A stretch of DNA of 64,000 nt from an uncultured Verrucomicrobiae bacterium (GTDB lineage: Bacteria > Verrucomicrobiota > Verrucomicrobiia > Chthoniobacterales > JAFAMB01), in the NCBI GenBank assembly GCA_963762565.1, contig CAVXLD010000003.1:256001-320000 (forward strand). The letters are read 5' to 3'. Positions within the stretch are counted from its first letter, which is position 1; every line of letters begins with the position of its first letter. Below the pieces are notes generated by a model. That model ran no database searches, had not been told where the DNA came from, and worked only from the letters and a program-made list of their open reading frames with translations. This document shows positions 60,127 to 64,000 of this stretch, in pieces. A program made the position numbers and the translations under genes.

Positions 60127-62067
60127 ATGAGCGATCCCATTACGGCTCCCCCAGTAGAAAAACCATCGACGAATCTCAGCAAGCGCCCCCGTTTCTTACC
60201 GGCCATTGGGTCGCGTGGCTACTATCTGCTGCTGGCGATAGTTGCCATATTCATCCTGGGCCCTCTGGGAGGTATCTCGGCGGCGTTCATGAATTTTTCG
60301 ATCGGGTTTTTCGTGGGTGGCCAGGTTTTGGCGGGGATTCTCGGGAGTGCGGTGACGTTGGGATATGGGCCGGAGGGAAAGCATGGGGCCAACTATATCC
60401 AGACTATGGCGGCGTCGGTGGCTGGTATGTGCGGGATGGCAGTGCTGGCGCAGGCCATGACGTGGCTGGGCTTACCGCAACCACCAGCCTGGGAAATGGT
60501 GCTCTACTTTATGTGTATCGGGATGTTCGGCGTTGGTGTTGGAATGCTTTATACGCCGATCTTGGTTGATCGAATGCAGCTTATGTTCCCGTCCGGGTTC
60601 GCGGTTGCGAATATCCTGCGGGCGCTAACTGATCGCGAGCTGCTTAAGCGATCGGTCGCGAAATTGGGCGGCGGTATGGTCAGCGGCTATGTCATCGGGG
60701 TATCCTCGCTCAACCTCTCCTTTTTCACGCGTTTTGGTCTTTCCACCTCGGGTGTTGGCGTGCTGGAGAAAGCCGGTATTTCTGCGTCCACGCTAGGTGC
60801 CGGCATGATCGTTGGAGCGCGGATCGCAATTCCGGCGCTTGTGGTCGCGCTGATTGGAGTCTGGCAAACCCCTCATTTGGTGGCCATGGGTTGGCTTGGC
60901 CCGCATGATCCGTTTCGAAAAATCGGTTTCATTATCTCGCTGGGCACAATCTTGGGCGCCGCGATTATCGATATTACCCTCATTCTGATTCAGGCCGTGC
61001 GGCGGTTCATAGAAAAGAGCGGTGAAGCCGTGGCGCAGGAAGATTGGAAACGGGTCAACCAGGTCGGACTTTTAGTGTGGGTCTTGTTCTGGGGAATCGC
61101 CATTGTTGTGGTCGGTAGCCAGGTCTTGCATCAGCCCTGGTACTTTTTGGTGATCGCCGTCCTGCTCTCTTTTCTCTTTGTTCTCGTTAATGGTATTTCA
61201 CTGGGGATTTCGGACTGGAACCCGATTTCCAGCGCCTTCGTACTGAGCATTTTTTTGATGGTAGCCTTGGGATTACGCGACCCTGGAGTCGGTCTATTGG
61301 CTGCTTCAATCGTTCTGATCGCCTGCAGCGAAGGGGGTGATATGCAGCAGGATCGATCGACCGGCTGGCGTCTTGGCACGAATCGGGTGCTACAGTTTCG
61401 CTACCAAGTTATTGGGATCGCGATGGGCGCGGTCCTGGCCGTTGTCTTAGCTAAGCTCTTCATGAGCGCTTACCCAATCCTGACTCAAGATCAGTATAGT
61501 AATCCGCATCTGCCGGGGGCTGAGAAGTGGCAATCTGCCATGACTTACAAGTTTGTTGGCGCCCTGAGAGGAATTACCACCTCGCAACCGTATGTGATGA
61601 CCGCATTGTGGCTGGGGATTGGGCTTGGCCTTTTGATTCAGATCTGTCGCAAACTGATAAAGGGCAACGGTGGATACAAGCAGTTCGTGGACGGGTCACG
61701 TACTGGCAAAGTGACTGATTTTCTTTTGGATGCCGTCTTTTTATCGAGTCCTTATGCATCTTCCTTCGGTGGATTTGTCGAGATACCAACCGTCCTTTGG
61801 TGGACTGCCGGCGGTGTGATCTCTGCCCTTTACAATGGGTTAACGTCATTTCTCTCCGCTCGGCGGTCGGCCGCTTTGCGAGACAGTCAGGCTTCGGACG
61901 GTTCAAACGATATTCTAGGTGTCCCCGCCGCGTGTGCCACCACTGCAGCCCAGGGACTTCCGTCTGATATGAGTACCACTTCGCTCGTAGGAGGAGGCCT
62001 GATTGCAGGCGACTCGCTGGCCGCTCTAACCGTAGGCATTTACGGGCTACTTCACACCATCCTGTAG
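60127..62067 (+). CDS. OPT/YSL family oligopeptide transporter
   Basis: NYIQTMA, FPSG.AVA, GISDWNPISS, DMQQD..TG and GGGLIAGDS motifs. Confidence 0.85.
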   Translation: MSDPITAPPVEKPSTNLSKRPRFLPAIGSRGYYLLLAIVAIFILGPLGGISAAFMNFSIGFFVGGQVLAGILGSAVTLGYGPEGKHGANYIQTMAASVAGMCGMAVLAQAMTWLGLPQPPAWEMVLYFMCIGMFGVGVGMLYTPILVDRMQLMFPSGFAVANILRALTDRELLKRSVAKLGGGMVSGYVIGVSSLNLSFFTRFGLSTSGVGVLEKAGISASTLGAGMIVGARIAIPALVVALIGVWQTPHLVAMGWLGPHDPFRKIGFIISLGTILGAAIIDITLILIQAVRRFIEKSGEAVAQEDWKRVNQVGLLVWVLFWGIAIVVVGSQVLHQPWYFLVIAVLLSFLFVLVNGISLGISDWNPISSAFVLSIFLMVALGLRDPGVGLLAASIVLIACSEGGDMQQDRSTGWRLGTNRVLQFRYQVIGIAMGAVLAVVLAKLFMSAYPILTQDQYSNPHLPGAEKWQSAMTYKFVGALRGITTSQPYVMTALWLGIGLGLLIQICRKLIKGNGGYKQFVDGSRTGKVTDFLLDAVFLSSPYASSFGGFVEIPTVLWWTAGGVISALYNGLTSFLSARRSAALRDSQASDGSNDILGVPAACATTAAQGLPSDMSTTSLVGGGLIAGDSLAALTVGIYGLLHTIL

Positions 62068-62282
62068 GGCTCGCCTTAGGCTCGCCCTGTGAGAGTGAGA
62101 GGTGAGACGTGAGAGGTGAGAAGTGATTCGTGATCGTTCGTGCTGGTACGCCAGGGAACGTCACAGCCATGTCCCATAGGCCACATAAGTCTCCGTCGCG
62201 CTGCCACCCCGGCGGACCCCACCAATCACTTCTCACCAATCACCTCTCACTTCTCACCAGGCGAGCCTAAGCGAGCCCCAGG
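62064..62282. repeat. GTAG REP doublet (GGGCTCGCCTTAGGCTCGCC) enclosing GTGAGA arrays
   Basis: Pairs with ggcgagcctaagcgagccc. Inner gtgagaagtgatt pairs with aatcacttctcac. Confidence 0.8.
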
Positions 62283-62317
62283 GTTGCGGAGGACCCAATC
62301 TCGTTCTAGATCTGGGC

Positions 62318-63391
62318 GTGCAAGATTTTACGGCGGGTGGGATACACGCACTGCATGCAGCATTTGCGTCGTCCGGGGATGAAGAGTTCGATCGGCGTAT
62401 CCGGGAGTTGTTGGTGGACTGGGGAGTCAAGGACTCGCCGGAGTTGATCGCAGAAATGATTGTGACGGCTTTGCGCATGGGCCGTGACGCTGTGCCGGTC
62501 GCTGATCTCAAGATGATCAATCGGTCTTTAAAAGAGCTGCGAGTAGCGTCGAAGGTTTTTGCTCCCTATCAGGGAGTGCGCAAGGTCGCCGTCTTTGGGT
62601 CTGCCCGGACCGCGCCCACCGCTCCCGAGTTTTTAGCGGCCGAAAAGTTTGCTTCGGCGATGCGAAGCGAGGGCTACATGATCGTCACTGGAGGTGGGGA
62701 CGGGATCATGGGAGCGGCTCAGCGGGGTGCCGGGCGGGAGCACAGCTTTGGCCTGAATATTCGTTTACCGTTTGAACAGCGAGCAAACGAGATCATCGAC
62801 GGCGACCCGAAACTTGTGAATTTTAACTACTTCTTTACCCGGAAACTCAACTTCCTGAAGGAAAGTCACGCGTTGGCGTTGTTCCCGGGCGGGTTCGGCA
62901 CGATGGATGAAGGCTTCGAATGTCTGACGTTAATGCAGACTGGGAAATCCCGAATCATACCGATGGTCCTGGTTGATAAACCCGGAGGGGACTACTGGAC
63001 GACATGGATTCATTTTCTTCAGGACCATCTCTTGAAGGAGGGTCTGGTTTCGGCGGATGATTTTCATCTGTTCAGCGTTACAGACGATGTGACCGTCGCA
63101 CTGAAGGAAATCGTGGGGTTCTACCGGAATTTTCATTCCTACCGCTGGGTTGGTGAGCAGCTCGTGTTCCGGTTGCAGAAACCCCTTACCGATCAAGCAG
63201 TAGAACGCTTGAATCAGGAATTTGCCGATCTTTTTGAGAAACGTCCATTGGCGGTTACGACCCCGTTAAAACCGGAGAAGAACGAGCCGGATACTCTCCA
63301 TATGCCAAGGCTAATCTGCGGTCCCCACCGCCGGAATTTCGGCCGGATGCGTCTGTTGATTGATGGAATTAATGCGGCCGCGGAGCGGTAA
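62318..63391 (+). CDS. LOG family (TIGR00730) protein, long form
   Basis: FGSART, TGGGDGIM, YFFTRK and FPGGFGTMDE motifs. Start uncertain. Confidence 0.88.
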   Translation: MQDFTAGGIHALHAAFASSGDEEFDRRIRELLVDWGVKDSPELIAEMIVTALRMGRDAVPVADLKMINRSLKELRVASKVFAPYQGVRKVAVFGSARTAPTAPEFLAAEKFASAMRSEGYMIVTGGGDGIMGAAQRGAGREHSFGLNIRLPFEQRANEIIDGDPKLVNFNYFFTRKLNFLKESHALALFPGGFGTMDEGFECLTLMQTGKSRIIPMVLVDKPGGDYWTTWIHFLQDHLLKEGLVSADDFHLFSVTDDVTVALKEIVGFYRNFHSYRWVGEQLVFRLQKPLTDQAVERLNQEFADLFEKRPLAVTTPLKPEKNEPDTLHMPRLICGPHRRNFGRMRLLIDGINAAAER

Positions 63392-63474
63392 TTTGTGACC
63401 CACTTTGCTGGGCCCTCTTTTGGTAGATGCCATGGTGTTGTCAGGCTGCCGGATCAACAGCAGCCTGACAAACA

Positions 63475-64000
63475 ATGATTGAATACAAACTCAAGGCGGC
63501 ACCGACCGCCGTAAGCCAGGAAAAGAACAGCCAAAAGGAAGCGAAGGCAAACCGGATCGTGCTGGGAGTCGATGCGCACCTAAAGAGCTATCAGGCGGCC
63601 CGCAAGATCGATAACGGGGCTGTGGGAGTAGCCCAGACATTCGGGAGCAAGGAAGCGTTGTTGCTTTACGTTGAGAAGCAGCGAGAGCAAGCCAAGGAAG
63701 TGGTGGTGGTCTACGAAGCCGGGCCGCTGGGGTACTCGCTGTATCGGCAGTTAAAGGCAAGCGGGATTGAGTGCCTGGTCTGTGCACCCCGCAGCGGAGA
63801 GCAGAAGAGGAAGCGGGGCAAGAACAACTCAATTGATGCGCGAACCTTAACCAGTGATCTGAGCAATTATCTCAATGGCAATGAGCAAGCGCTGCAACTG
63901 GTCAGAATACCGAGGGAGGCTCAAGAGCAGGCTCGAGTGGAAAGTCGCCAGCACGATGCGCTGGTGCAAGAACGCCAGCGCATCGGCGTCATGGGCAACT
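63475..64000 (+). mobile_element. IS110-family transposase/recombinase, N-terminal RuvC-like domain (partial)
   Basis: Manual translation gives IVLGVDAH..VVYEAGPLGYSLYRQL..GIECLVCAP..KNNSIDARTL..VRIP...EQAR, open to the window end. Absent from the ORF track. Confidence 0.88.

Overview
Bacterial chromosome segment, mostly metabolic and housekeeping genes. Gene content and repeat style suggest a soil Verrucomicrobiota (Spartobacteria-like) genome; that assignment is inference. Left to right: (1) an indel-riddled first 4.4 kb with a merR fragment, a Gly-rich PG-binding protein, chrA and a YncE-like propeller, plus a partial tandem duplication; (2) amidase, patatin and aroQ; (3) a predicted peptide-ligase cluster (circularly permuted ATP-grasp/alpha-E fusion and two transglutaminases, one fused to DUF2126) interrupted by prpE and divergent from gdh; (4) treS-maltokinase and panC-nadB; (5) an orphan anti-sigma factor, and thiC with a TPP riboswitch; (6) a bufferin-like RiPP operon (six-Cys secreted precursor, DUF692/MNIO, DUF2063, DoxX); (7) a sugar ABC transporter, SDR and GH13; (8) a paoABC-like molybdoenzyme; (9) opgC, SGNH hydrolase, Zn-ADH, MarR-GNAT with twin operators, a flavin halogenase-like gene, DAHP synthase, OPT and LOG; (10) an IS110 transposase cut by the window end. 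Most intergenic spacers are built from nested inverted repeats (7-9-mer arrays, then REP doublets, then small inserts). One nest encloses a whole gene. I found no tRNA, rRNA or CRISPR array. All family calls come from motif recognition by eye, not database searches.
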